The notes beneath the pieces were generated by a model. It was not told where the DNA came from. It searched no databases and worked only from the letters and a program-made list of their open reading frames with translations. DNA of 64,000 nt from an uncultured Oscillospiraceae bacterium (GTDB lineage: Bacteria; Bacillota; Clostridia; Oscillospirales; Ruminococcaceae): NCBI GenBank assembly GCA_964369265.1, contig CAYJEV010000001.1:2917-66916 (forward strand). Reading direction: 5' to 3'. Of the stretch, positions 11,101 through 19,999 are shown piece after piece (positions within the stretch are counted from its first letter, which is position 1; each line of letters begins with the position of its first letter). The translations under genes were made by a program, and so were the position numbers.

Positions 11101-11673
11101 CGCTATATAGAGCTTGACAAGCAGGTTACTGATGTTGAGAGCGCAAAAGATGAGCTTTTAGACCTAATAAACAAGCTAACTGAATCAATGTGTGACATAT
11201 TCAGAGAAAAATTCTATGCTGTTAACTCCCACTTTAAAGATATATTCGTTGAGCTTTTTGGCGGAGGAAAAGCCTCACTTGCCTTAACTGATCCAGCTAA
11301 TGTATTGGAAAGCGGAATTGAGATAAATGTACAGCCTCCAGGAAAGGTAATTAAGAACTTAATTCAGCTTTCTGGTGGAGAGCAAGCATTTATAGCTATT
11401 GCAATTTACTTTGCAATTATGAAAGTTAACCCAACTCCATTCTGCTTGCTTGATGAGATTGAGGCTGCTCTTGATGATGTTAACATCGGAAGATTTGCAA
11501 GCTATCTAAAAGATATGGCAGCAACTATGCAGTTTCTTGTTATCACTCATAGACGTGGTACAATGGAGGAAGCTGAGCGTCTTTATGGTGTTACAATGCA
11601 GGAAGATGGAGTATCGAAGCTTCTTGAGCTAAAGGTTGAAGAGATTAGCAAAATGCTTGGTATAAAGGAGTAA
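8101..11673 (+). CDS. smc: chromosome segregation protein SMC
   Basis: Walker A [24 protein letters not shown], long coiled coils, signature [18 protein letters not shown], Walker B [11 protein letters not shown]. TTG start. Confidence 0.95.
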   Translation: [1190 protein letters not shown]

Positions 11674-11676
11674 ATA

Positions 11677-12567
11677 ATGGGATTATTTGATAAAATAACC
11701 GCCAGTTTTAAAAAGCTGGGCGCAACGCTTGGAATAACAACCGTTATAACTGAGGATTATTATGATGAGCTTGAAGAGCAACTGATAACAGCTGATGTTG
11801 GAATGCAAACTGCTCTTGAGATTGTTTCAAAGCTTAAAAGGTTAACTAAAGAGAGAGGTGTTACAGAAACTTCAGCTGTTATGCCTATCCTAAAAGAGAT
11901 TGTTTCAGAAATGATGAAAGCTGAAAAGCCATTTTTGCCTGGCAAAAAGCCTCATGTAATAATGATGATTGGCGTTAATGGTGTTGGCAAGACAACAACA
12001 ATTGGTAAGCTGGCGACAAAGCTTAAATCGGAGGGAAATAGGGTTGTTTTAGCGGCGGCTGATACATTTAGAGCAGCAGCAGTAGAGCAGCTTGTTATTT
12101 GGGGAGAGAGAAGTGGCTGCGAAGTAATAGCGCATGCACAAGGATCTGACCCAGCGGCAGTTGTGTTTGATGCTATAACTGCTGGTGTTGCACGAAATGC
12201 TGATTATATTATCTGCGATACTGCTGGAAGGCTTCACAACAAGAAAAACCTAATGGATGAGCTTTCAAAAATTAGCAGAATTATAAAGAGAGAGCTTCCT
12301 GATTCAGAGGCGGAAGTGCTTCTTGTTGTGGATGCAACAACAGGACAGAATGCACTTAGCCAAGCACGCCTTTTTAAAGAAGCAGCTGACATAACAGGAA
12401 TTGTACTAACAAAACTAGACGGAACTGCTAAAGGCGGTGTTGTTATTGGCATTATGCAAGAGGTTGGAGTGCCTGTTAGGTTTGTTGGTCTTGGAGAAGG
12501 CAAAGAGGATATAGCAGAGTTTTCTGCCGAAGAATTTAGCGATGCGCTTTTTGGCGATAATAAGTAA
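11677..12567 (+). CDS. ftsY: signal recognition particle receptor FtsY
   Basis: SRP GTPase motifs MMIGVNGVGKTTTIGKLA, DTAGRLHNK, LTKLDGTAKGG. Confidence 0.9.
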   Translation: MGLFDKITASFKKLGATLGITTVITEDYYDELEEQLITADVGMQTALEIVSKLKRLTKERGVTETSAVMPILKEIVSEMMKAEKPFLPGKKPHVIMMIGVNGVGKTTTIGKLATKLKSEGNRVVLAAADTFRAAAVEQLVIWGERSGCEVIAHAQGSDPAAVVFDAITAGVARNADYIICDTAGRLHNKKNLMDELSKISRIIKRELPDSEAEVLLVVDATTGQNALSQARLFKEAADITGIVLTKLDGTAKGGVVIGIMQEVGVPVRFVGLGEGKEDIAEFSAEEFSDALFGDNK

Positions 12568-12587
12568 ATAACAGAGGGGTAATCTCA

Positions 12588-13175
12588 ATGGAAAAAAAGC
12601 TAATTGTGGCAACAAAAAATCAAGGTAAGCTAAAAGAGTTTAAGAGAATACTAGAGCCGTTTGGTTTTATTGTTAGTTCTATGGACGAGGCAGGATTTAC
12701 TGCTGAAATTGAAGAAACTGGCACAACATTTGCAGAGAATGCAGTTATAAAATCTAAGGCAGTTTGGAATGCCACAAAATGCTATACACTAGCTGATGAT
12801 TCTGGCTTATGTATTGATGCATTAGACGGAGCGCCAGGAGTGTATTCTGCGAGATACATGGGAGAGGACACACCTTTCTCTGTTAAAATGAAAGGCATAT
12901 TATCAGCGATGTCTACTCATTGTGACGATGATAGAGCTGCAAGATTTACTTGCGCACTCTCTTTCACAACGCCAGAAGGGGAAACAAAAGTCTTTGAGGA
13001 TAGCTGTGAGGGGAGAATTGGTTATCAACCTTTGGGAGATAATGGCTTTGGTTATGACCCTATCTTTATGATAGGGGATAAAAGCTTTGCCGAGATAACA
13101 AATGAGCAGAAAGATGAAATTAGTCATAGAGGAAAGGCTGTTAGAGCTTTTTGTGATTATTTAAAAAGTTTTTAA
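12588..13175 (+). CDS. rdgB: XTP/dITP diphosphatase (RdgB/HAM1 family)
   Basis: KLIVATKNQGKLKEF N-terminus and GFGYDPIF motif; 195 aa. Confidence 0.85.
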   Translation: MEKKLIVATKNQGKLKEFKRILEPFGFIVSSMDEAGFTAEIEETGTTFAENAVIKSKAVWNATKCYTLADDSGLCIDALDGAPGVYSARYMGEDTPFSVKMKGILSAMSTHCDDDRAARFTCALSFTTPEGETKVFEDSCEGRIGYQPLGDNGFGYDPIFMIGDKSFAEITNEQKDEISHRGKAVRAFCDYLKSF

Positions 13176-13203
13176 TTGAATTTTTCTAAAACTTTGTTAT
13201 AAT
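13176..13203 (+). promoter_or_regulatory. candidate sigma-A promoter of the yhbY-nadD operon
   Basis: TTGAAT (13176-13181), 16-nt spacer, then extended -10 TGtTATAAT (13195-13203). Confidence 0.5.
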
Positions 13204-13305
13204 TAAATTATAAGTATATGGGTTAGTTGCTTGCATAAAATCTTTAATCAGATTAGTGTTGGCGGCTAAGAAAATGTAGTATGATAACATACTAATGGAG
13301 GACAA

Positions 13306-13602
13306 ATGGAATTAACATCAAAACAAAGAGCCTATTTAAGAGGGCTCGCAAACCCTATCGACACAATACTGCAAATAGGTAAAAATCCTATTTCAGACGA
13401 ACTAATAAAGCAGCTTGATGATGCTTTAACAGCAAGAGAGATTGTTAAGATAAAAGTGCTTAACAATTCTGAATACACAGCAAGAGAAGCATCTGATATT
13501 CTTTCAGAGGCAACAAAGAGCTGCCCAGTACAAGTTATTGGAACAAGATTTGTGTTATATCGCAGAAGACCTAAGAATCCAACGATTGTGCTTCCTAAGT
13601 AA
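13306..13602 (+). CDS. yhbY: RNA-binding protein YhbY (CRM domain)
   Basis: 98 aa, LTSKQRAYLRGLAN start typical of YhbY. Position upstream of nadD is conserved. Confidence 0.8.
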   Translation: MELTSKQRAYLRGLANPIDTILQIGKNPISDELIKQLDDALTAREIVKIKVLNNSEYTAREASDILSEATKSCPVQVIGTRFVLYRRRPKNPTIVLPK

Positions 13603-13605
13603 GCA

Positions 13606-14748
13606 ATGAGAATAGGAATTTATGGTGGAAGCTTTAACCCTATTCATAATGGACATATTTCTATATTAAAGGAAGCGAAAGAAAAGCTATCTCTTGACAA
13701 AGTTATTATTATCCCAACAGCTATTCCGCCTCATAAAGAAAGCTCTGAAATGGTGTCAGCAGAAGACAGGATTAATATGATTAAGCTTGCAACTGCTGAT
13801 ATTGATTATATAGAGGTTTCTGATATTGAAATATCTCGTGGCGGAAAAAGCTATACTATAGATACTCTTTTAGATATCTGTACTAGAAATCACGATTATT
13901 TTCTTATCATGGGAACAGATATGTATAAAACATTTAAGTTGTGGTTTAGGTATGAGGAGATTATAGAGTTAGTAACTATAGTTTGCGCTGCAAGAAAGCA
14001 AGGGGACTATGAGGAGCTTTTAAAACTTAAGGAAGAATATGAATTTGATAGTATAGTCCTCAGCATCCCAATTGTTGATGTGTCTTCAACGGAAATTAGA
14101 GCTGGAACACATTTAGAGCTTGAAAGCCGGTTGGTAGAGGAATATATTGAACAAAATTCGCTTTATTCTTTTAAAAATACAACCTATGCTTATCCTTTAG
14201 AAGAATATAGAGCGATACTAAAAAGCAATCTAAAAAAGAGCAGATACATACATAGCCTCAACGTTGCAGAAGAAGCGAAAAGGCTTGCTAGCATTTATAA
14301 GGCTGATGAATATCTTTGTTATACTGCTGGCTTGCTTCATGATTTTACAAAATGTTTTGACGATGAATGGCATATTAGCATTTTAAAAAACACTGCTTAT
14401 TGGCAGGATAGCATATTTAGAAAGCAAAAAGCCGTTTGGCATGGTTTTTCTGCAAGCGAATATTTAAAAAGTGAATTAAATATCCTAAACTGCGAAATAC
14501 TAAATGCTATAAAGTATCATTCAACTGGTAGAAGAAATATGTCGCTTATTGAAAAGATAGTTTTTGTGGCAGATTTAACCTCTATAGACAGAGATTATCA
14601 TGATGTTGCGATAGTAAGAGAGCTAGCTGGCAAGGATATTGACTTGGCAGTTCGCTATATATTAAAGTTTACTATTCAAAAGCTATTAAATAACGACACA
14701 TCTTTGCTTTCTTTTACTATTGATGCATACAACAATTTAAGCATTTAG
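13606..14748 (+). CDS. nadD: fusion of nicotinate-nucleotide adenylyltransferase NadD (N-terminal) and YqeK HD-domain hydrolase (C-terminal)
   Basis: N-terminal half has GIYGGSFNPIHNGH, the (H/T)xGH nucleotidyltransferase motif. C-terminal half has RYIHSLNVAEEAKRLA and GLLHDFTK, the HD motif of YqeK. It is one uninterrupted 380-codon ORF with no internal Met at the junction. Confidence 0.8.
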   Translation: MRIGIYGGSFNPIHNGHISILKEAKEKLSLDKVIIIPTAIPPHKESSEMVSAEDRINMIKLATADIDYIEVSDIEISRGGKSYTIDTLLDICTRNHDYFLIMGTDMYKTFKLWFRYEEIIELVTIVCAARKQGDYEELLKLKEEYEFDSIVLSIPIVDVSSTEIRAGTHLELESRLVEEYIEQNSLYSFKNTTYAYPLEEYRAILKSNLKKSRYIHSLNVAEEAKRLASIYKADEYLCYTAGLLHDFTKCFDDEWHISILKNTAYWQDSIFRKQKAVWHGFSASEYLKSELNILNCEILNAIKYHSTGRRNMSLIEKIVFVADLTSIDRDYHDVAIVRELAGKDIDLAVRYILKFTIQKLLNNDTSLLSFTIDAYNNLSI

Positions 14749-14759
14749 TGGAGGCAAGT

Positions 14760-15341
14760 ATGGGAGGATATGCGATGAAGGGGAGTTTTTTATTATTATT
14801 AGCTGTTATAGGAATATCATCAGCTAGTATAAATGGCAATTATTTTTCAGAGATAACGAAGAGAGATCCAGAACTGGCGACAGATGTGGAGCATCAAGAG
14901 CAATTAACAGATGAGTTTGACGTTTTAGTTTTGTTGCCAAACAGAGGCTTTGTTGTAAGTATTGGTGAAAGCGATCAAGAAAATATTCTTGATGTTGTAT
15001 CAGTGCCGTATAACACACTTCTTGGCACTGAAACATTAGCTGAAATTGAAAACTTAGAAGAATTAAAAGATGAAATATCGGTTTTATTAAAGCTTAATAT
15101 TGATAGATACTTTTATATTGAAACCGACGCTCTCATGCCTTACTACGAAAAATACGCTAACGGAGAACCTTTAGAGCAACTAACTGTGCTTACAGATATC
15201 TATAATTTAGCAAAAACAGACTTAACAATGAATGAATGTGTTACAATATTATTTTCTTTAGTTGAGAAAAACATTGTAATAGAAGATTTTATAGGAGAAT
15301 ATAAACTATACGAAGGTGAAACTGTGGTTGTACCTCAGTGA
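14760..15341 (+). CDS. membrane-anchored hypothetical protein, possibly a degenerate LytR/CpsA/Psr-like domain
   Basis: It has an N-terminal hydrophobic segment (GSFLLLLAVIGISSA) and sits where Clostridia often carry an LCP gene between yqeK and rsfS. Similarity is only weak (ILDVVSVPYNTLLG, LNIDRYFYIETDAL). Start ATG 14760 follows GGAGG. Confidence 0.4.
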   Translation: MGGYAMKGSFLLLLAVIGISSASINGNYFSEITKRDPELATDVEHQEQLTDEFDVLVLLPNRGFVVSIGESDQENILDVVSVPYNTLLGTETLAEIENLEELKDEISVLLKLNIDRYFYIETDALMPYYEKYANGEPLEQLTVLTDIYNLAKTDLTMNECVTILFSLVEKNIVIEDFIGEYKLYEGETVVVPQ

Positions 15342-15363
15342 CCTTGATTTGGAGGAAGAAATA

Positions 15364-15708
15364 ATGACAGCACTTGAAAAAGCAACCTTTATTGCAAAGC
15401 TACTTGATGAAAAGAAGGGCGATGATGTAAAGGTATTAGAAATAACAGATAAGACAAGCATTGGAGATTACTTTGTTATCGCAACAGGTACTAGCAACAC
15501 ACATGTTAGAGCTCTTAGTGATGAAGTTGATGAAATGTTATCAAGAAAGGGAATAGAGCCATCAAGAAGAGAAGGCTATCAAACTCAAACTTGGATTTTA
15601 TTAGATTACAATGACGTAATAGTTCATGTATTTGATAAAGAAGCAAGAGAGTTCTATTCACTAGATCGCCTATGGGCAGATGCGCCTGAAATTGATATTG
15701 AACTTTAA
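15364..15708 (+). CDS. rsfS: ribosome silencing factor RsfS
   Basis: [17 protein letters not shown] motif. ATG 15364 follows GGAGGA; ORF-track start 15316 is probably too far upstream. Confidence 0.85.
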   Translation: MTALEKATFIAKLLDEKKGDDVKVLEITDKTSIGDYFVIATGTSNTHVRALSDEVDEMLSRKGIEPSRREGYQTQTWILLDYNDVIVHVFDKEAREFYSLDRLWADAPEIDIEL

Positions 15709-15734
15709 TTTTACACATTAAGGAGCGAACTGTA

Positions 15735-18140
15735 ATGGTTTATAATTATAAAGATATTGAAAAAAAGTGGCAAAAGATTTGGGACGATAACAATACTTTT
15801 GCAACCAGCGACGACTATAGCAAAAAGAAATTTTATGCTCTTGTTGAATTCCCATACCCTTCAGGCGCGGGGCTTCATGTTGGTCATCCACGTTCATACA
15901 CTGCATTAGATATTGTTAGTAGAAAGCGCCGTCTTGAAGGGTATAATGTGTTATATCCAATGGGTTGGGATGCTTTTGGACTTCCAACGGAAAACTTTGC
16001 AATTAAGCACCATATTCACCCTGAAATTGTAACAAGAGATAATGTTGCTCGCTTTAAAGAACAGCTAAAGAGCCTTGGTCTATCCTTTGACTGGAATAGA
16101 GAGATTAACACAACTGATGTTAACTACTATAAGTGGACACAGTGGATATTCCTTCAACTATTCAAAAAAGACTTAGCATATAAGAAACAAATGCCTGTTA
16201 ACTGGTGTACATCTTGTAAGGTAGTACTTGCAAATGAAGAGGTAGTTAATGGTTGTTGTGAGCGTTGTGGTTCTGAAGTAATTCGCAAGGTAAAAGAACA
16301 ATGGATGCTTAAAATCACAGAATATGCTGATAGACTAATTAACGATATTGATACAGTTGATTTTATTGAAAGAGTTAAAACTCAGCAAGTTAACTGGATT
16401 GGTCGCTCTATCGGTGCAGAAGTTAAGTTTGATACAACTGCTGGCGATGTGTTAGAAGTGTTTACAACTCGCCCAGACACACTTTATGGAGCTACATATA
16501 TGGTTATTTCTCCAGAGCATCCATATGTGGAAAACTGGGCTGACAAGCTATCAAATATTGAAGAGATCAGAAACTATAGAACAGAAGCATCTAAAAAGAC
16601 TGATTTTGAGCGCTCTGAAATGAACAAAGACAAAACTGGTGTTAAGCTTGAGGGCGTTGTGGCAATAAATCCACTAAGCGGCAAAGAAATACCAATCTTC
16701 GTTTCAGACTATGTGCTAATGACATATGGTACTGGTGCAATAATGGCAGTGCCAGCTCATGACACTCGTGACTGGGAGTTTGCTAAAAAGTTTAATCTTC
16801 CTATTATCGAAGTTGTTAAGGGTGGAAATGTACAAGAAGAAGCCTTCACTGATTGTGAAACAGGCGTTATAGTTAACTCAGAGATTATTGATGGTCTATC
16901 TGTTGCAGAAGCAAAAGAAAAGATTATTAAATACCTTGAGGATAAGGAAATTGGCAAGTCTAAGGTTAATTACAAGCTTCGTGACTGGGTATTCTCAAGA
17001 CAACGTTATTGGGGAGAGCCTATTCCAATCATCAACTGCCCAAAATGCGGACATGTACCATTAGAAGAAGCTGATCTTCCGCTAATGTTGCCTGAGGTTG
17101 AGAGTTATGAGCCTACAAGCGATGGTCAATCTCCGCTAGCTGCTCTTGATGAGTGGGTTAATGTAACTTGCCCTTGTTGTGGAGGGGAAGCGAAGAGGGA
17201 AACTGACACAATGCCTCAATGGGCTGGTTCATCTTGGTACTTCCTAAGATATACTGATCCATCTAATGATATGGCATTAGCTGCAAAAGAAGCTCTTGAG
17301 TACTGGATGCCTGTCGATTGGTATAACGGAGGAATGGAGCATACAACCCTTCACTTATTATACTCTCGTTTCTGGCATAAGTTTTTATACGACATTGGCG
17401 TTGTTAACACAAGCGAGCCATATGCTAAGCGCACAAGCCATGGTATGATACTTGGCGAGAATGGCGAGAAGATGTCAAAATCAAGGGGCAATGTAGTTAA
17501 CCCTGACGATATAATCTCTGCTTATGGTGCAGATACAATGCGTCTATATGAGATGTTTATTGGAGATTTTGAAAAGTCTGCTCCATGGAACACATCCTCT
17601 ATTAAGGGTTGTAAGAGATTCCTTGATAGAATGGCTGGTCTAACTGAGATGATTAGCAAAGACAGCTCTTTAACTGATAAGCTTGTTGTTCCTATGAACA
17701 AAACTATTAAGAAGGTTACAGAAGATATTGAGAGCATGAAGTTCAACACAGCTATTGCAGCTATGATGGCTTTGATCAATGATGTGACTGAGGTTGGTGC
17801 TATCTCAAAAGAGCAGTTACTAACTTTTATCACTATTCTTAACCCATTTGCACCACACATCACAGAAGAAATGTGGGAGGTAGTCGGAGGCAAGGGAATG
17901 CTGAACCAAACTGCATGGCCAACATTTGACCCTAGTAAGTGTGTTGACGATTCAGTTGAGATAGCTGTTCAAGTTAATGGTAAAATCAAAGGGAGAATTG
18001 TAATCCCAACAGGAGCTGAAGAAGCTGTTGCTTTAGAGGCTTGTTACAATAATAGCGACATATCTGTTCATTTAGAGGGCAAGAACATAATAAAGAAAAT
18101 TTATGTTCCAAATAAGCTAATGAACTTTGTTGTTAAATAG
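15735..18140 (+). CDS. leuS: leucine--tRNA ligase
   Basis: HIGH-type HVGHPRSYT and KMSKSRGN motifs; 801 aa. Confidence 0.95.
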   Translation: MVYNYKDIEKKWQKIWDDNNTFATSDDYSKKKFYALVEFPYPSGAGLHVGHPRSYTALDIVSRKRRLEGYNVLYPMGWDAFGLPTENFAIKHHIHPEIVTRDNVARFKEQLKSLGLSFDWNREINTTDVNYYKWTQWIFLQLFKKDLAYKKQMPVNWCTSCKVVLANEEVVNGCCERCGSEVIRKVKEQWMLKITEYADRLINDIDTVDFIERVKTQQVNWIGRSIGAEVKFDTTAGDVLEVFTTRPDTLYGATYMVISPEHPYVENWADKLSNIEEIRNYRTEASKKTDFERSEMNKDKTGVKLEGVVAINPLSGKEIPIFVSDYVLMTYGTGAIMAVPAHDTRDWEFAKKFNLPIIEVVKGGNVQEEAFTDCETGVIVNSEIIDGLSVAEAKEKIIKYLEDKEIGKSKVNYKLRDWVFSRQRYWGEPIPIINCPKCGHVPLEEADLPLMLPEVESYEPTSDGQSPLAALDEWVNVTCPCCGGEAKRETDTMPQWAGSSWYFLRYTDPSNDMALAAKEALEYWMPVDWYNGGMEHTTLHLLYSRFWHKFLYDIGVVNTSEPYAKRTSHGMILGENGEKMSKSRGNVVNPDDIISAYGADTMRLYEMFIGDFEKSAPWNTSSIKGCKRFLDRMAGLTEMISKDSSLTDKLVVPMNKTIKKVTEDIESMKFNTAIAAMMALINDVTEVGAISKEQLLTFITILNPFAPHITEEMWEVVGGKGMLNQTAWPTFDPSKCVDDSVEIAVQVNGKIKGRIVIPTGAEEAVALEACYNNSDISVHLEGKNIIKKIYVPNKLMNFVVK

Positions 18141-18159
18141 AAGAATAGTTAGTGTGATA

Positions 18160-18199
18160 GGAGCTTTGTACAGTTTAATATGTGCAAGGCTCCTTTTTT
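18160..18199 (+). terminator. intrinsic terminator after leuS
   Basis: GGAGCTTTG...CAAGGCTCC stem (one G-U pair) followed by TTTTTT at 18194-18199. Confidence 0.7.
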
Positions 18200-18250
18200 C
18201 AAAACAACCAAAGTATTAGTGTGCTAAAAAAAATAAAGTATATTTTTCCC

Positions 18251-18279
18251 TTGACATGTAGAATAAAGTATAGTATAAT
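18251..18279 (+). promoter_or_regulatory. near-consensus sigma-A promoter (P1)
   Basis: TTGACA (18251-18256), exactly 17 nt, TATAAT (18274-18279). Confidence 0.6.
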
Positions 18280-18285
18280 ATGCCG

Positions 18286-18506
18286 AATGGATAGAGGAAA
18301 TACACTATTTTGTCGATAGTGTTTTGTGCAATTTGATAATATTGCCCTATCCAAAGCTACTGATTTATATAAAATGTCTATTTGCTCAATTGTCGCAAAG
18401 CGGCGAGAGCAAGAGCCTAAAAATCGCCATGCGAGGATTATATATATATTCGTAGTAACTAATAGCTTAGCTTAAAAATATTCTCATTTGAGTTAATATT
18501 TTTTTG
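18286..18506 (+). ncRNA. unclassified structured RNA: either the purF leader (riboswitch-like) or an independent sRNA of about 220 nt
   Basis: It starts just downstream of P1. A three-way-junction-like fold spans 18289-18352 (GGATAG/CTATCC closing ACACTAT/ATAGTGT and GCAAT/ATTGC hairpins). A relatively GC-rich segment follows at 18382-18440. It ends in an AU-rich hairpin plus T-run at 18474-18506. It has no convincing ORF or RBS. Confidence 0.35.
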
Positions 18507-18532
18507 ATAGTATTATAAACACGTTTATAATA
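18504..18532 (+). promoter_or_regulatory. candidate second promoter (P2) overlapped by a perfect 22-bp palindrome (possible operator)
   Basis: TTGATA (18504-18509), 16 nt, TATAAT (18526-18531). Palindrome TATTATAAAC-AC-GTTTATAATA spans 18511-18532. Confidence 0.4.
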
Positions 18533-18592
18533 TAAGTGGTGAAGTTTTGTTTTAGCTAAAGAGTTGTGATGATGCAGAAGGAGAGTAAGTGT

Positions 18593-19996
18593 ATGAAATT
18601 CAGCGATAAGTTACAAGAAGAATGTGCAGTTTTTGGTGTTAGCATTAAAACTGCCGAAGCAGCAGGCGTTATTTATAATGGCTTGCTTGCGCTTCAACAT
18701 CGAGGGCAAGAGGGATGTGGTATTGCAGTTGTAAATGACAACAATATCATTTGCCAAAAAGATGTTGGTTTAGTTAGTGAGGTGTTCGATGGCGAAAATC
18801 TTTCTAGCATTCCAGCAAGCCGTGTTGCAATAGGCCATAATAGATATTCAACAACTGGTGGTAACAATGAATGTAATGTTCAGCCATTTATAACTGAATA
18901 TCTAACTGGCAGAATAGCAACAGCGCATAATGGTAATGTTACTAACGCTAAGTTTATTAAAGACGGATTAAAATCCTTTGGTGTTAACTTTTCAGCTAGC
19001 TCAGATAGTGAGGTTGTTTCTTCTCTTATAGCTTACTACATAATGAAGCTTGGCGACGAGCTTGAGGGAGTTATTAAAGCTGCATCACTTTTAGAAGGTG
19101 CATTCAGCTTAATAGTTATGTGCGGAAATGGCAAGATTATTGCTGTTAGAGATGGTAATGGTTATAGACCACTATGTATTGGACAGAATAAGAATGGTTA
19201 TGCTGTTAGCTCAGAAAGCTGCGGACTAGATAGCTGTGGCTTTACTTTAGTGAGAGATGTTCTTCCTGGTGAGGCTGTTGTAATAGAAGATGGCGAGATT
19301 ACAGAAAGCAAAGTTGTGCTTGAAGCAGAAAAAGGCGCTGGGCTTTGTATCTTTGAGTATGTATACTTTGCTCGCCCTGACAGCACAATAGATGGGCTTA
19401 GTGTATATGAGTCAAGATTTAACATGGGCGCAATCCTTGCAAAAGAACATCCAGTTGTTGCTGATGTTGTATGTGGTGTGCCAGACTCAGGACTTGAGGC
19501 AGCTATTGGTTATAGCGAACAGAGCAAAATTCCGCTAACTTCTGGTTTTGTTAAGAATAGATATATAGGCAGAAGCTTTATTTATCCAACACAGGCTCAA
19601 AGAGAGAATGCAGTTAGATTAAAGCTTAATCCTTTAGCTTATAATGTAAAAGGTAAAAGAGTTGTTTTGGTTGACGATTCAATTGTTAGAGGAACAACAT
19701 CAAAGAAAATAGTACAAGCTCTTAAAAATGCTGGAGCAACTGAGGTTCATTTAAGAATTTCAGCGCCTCCATTTAAATACACTTGTAATTATGGAACTGA
19801 TATAGACAATGAAGAAAGCTTAATTGCAAATAGAATGACCATAGACGAGATAACAAAAGAAATTGGTGCAGACAGCTTAGGTTATATAAGTGTTGATGGA
19901 CTAAAAGATGCATGTCAAAAAAGCAGTTGTAAGTTCTGTACAAAGTGCTTTACTGGTAATATAAACAAGCAACGTAAAAGCGAATTGGAGGGGTAA
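18593..19996 (+). CDS. purF: amidophosphoribosyltransferase PurF
   Basis: Propeptide plus N-terminal nucleophile MKFSDKLQEECAVFGV, PRTase motif VVLVDDSIVRGTTS, and C-terminal Cys residues for the Fe-S cluster. Start ATG 18593 follows GGAG. Confidence 0.9.
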   Translation: MKFSDKLQEECAVFGVSIKTAEAAGVIYNGLLALQHRGQEGCGIAVVNDNNIICQKDVGLVSEVFDGENLSSIPASRVAIGHNRYSTTGGNNECNVQPFITEYLTGRIATAHNGNVTNAKFIKDGLKSFGVNFSASSDSEVVSSLIAYYIMKLGDELEGVIKAASLLEGAFSLIVMCGNGKIIAVRDGNGYRPLCIGQNKNGYAVSSESCGLDSCGFTLVRDVLPGEAVVIEDGEITESKVVLEAEKGAGLCIFEYVYFARPDSTIDGLSVYESRFNMGAILAKEHPVVADVVCGVPDSGLEAAIGYSEQSKIPLTSGFVKNRYIGRSFIYPTQAQRENAVRLKLNPLAYNVKGKRVVLVDDSIVRGTTSKKIVQALKNAGATEVHLRISAPPFKYTCNYGTDIDNEESLIANRMTIDEITKEIGADSLGYISVDGLKDACQKSSCKFCTKCFTGNINKQRKSELEG

Positions 19997-19999
19997 AAT

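Noticed and set aside
15709-15734. T-box leader for leuS
   Set aside because: Only 26 nt separate rsfS from leuS. That leaves no room for a T-box, so leuS is co-transcribed with the upstream operon.
18281-18292. PurBox-like CCGAA just downstream of the P1 -10 element
   Set aside because: It is a single half-site only. No inverted TTCGG partner lies at the expected 16-17 nt spacing.
18289-18352. Possible purine riboswitch: 64-nt three-way junction upstream of purF
   Set aside because: The topology and size fit. However, the conserved junction and loop nucleotides (UAUAAU, AUAUGG, GUUUCUACC, CCGUAAAU, GACUA) are absent. It is kept only as an unclassified structure.
18374-18475. 33-codon ORF (MSICSIVAKRREQEPKNRHARIIYIFVVTNSLA) inside the purF leader
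   Set aside because: It has no Shine-Dalgarno sequence and its composition is not protein-like. The region is better explained as RNA structure.
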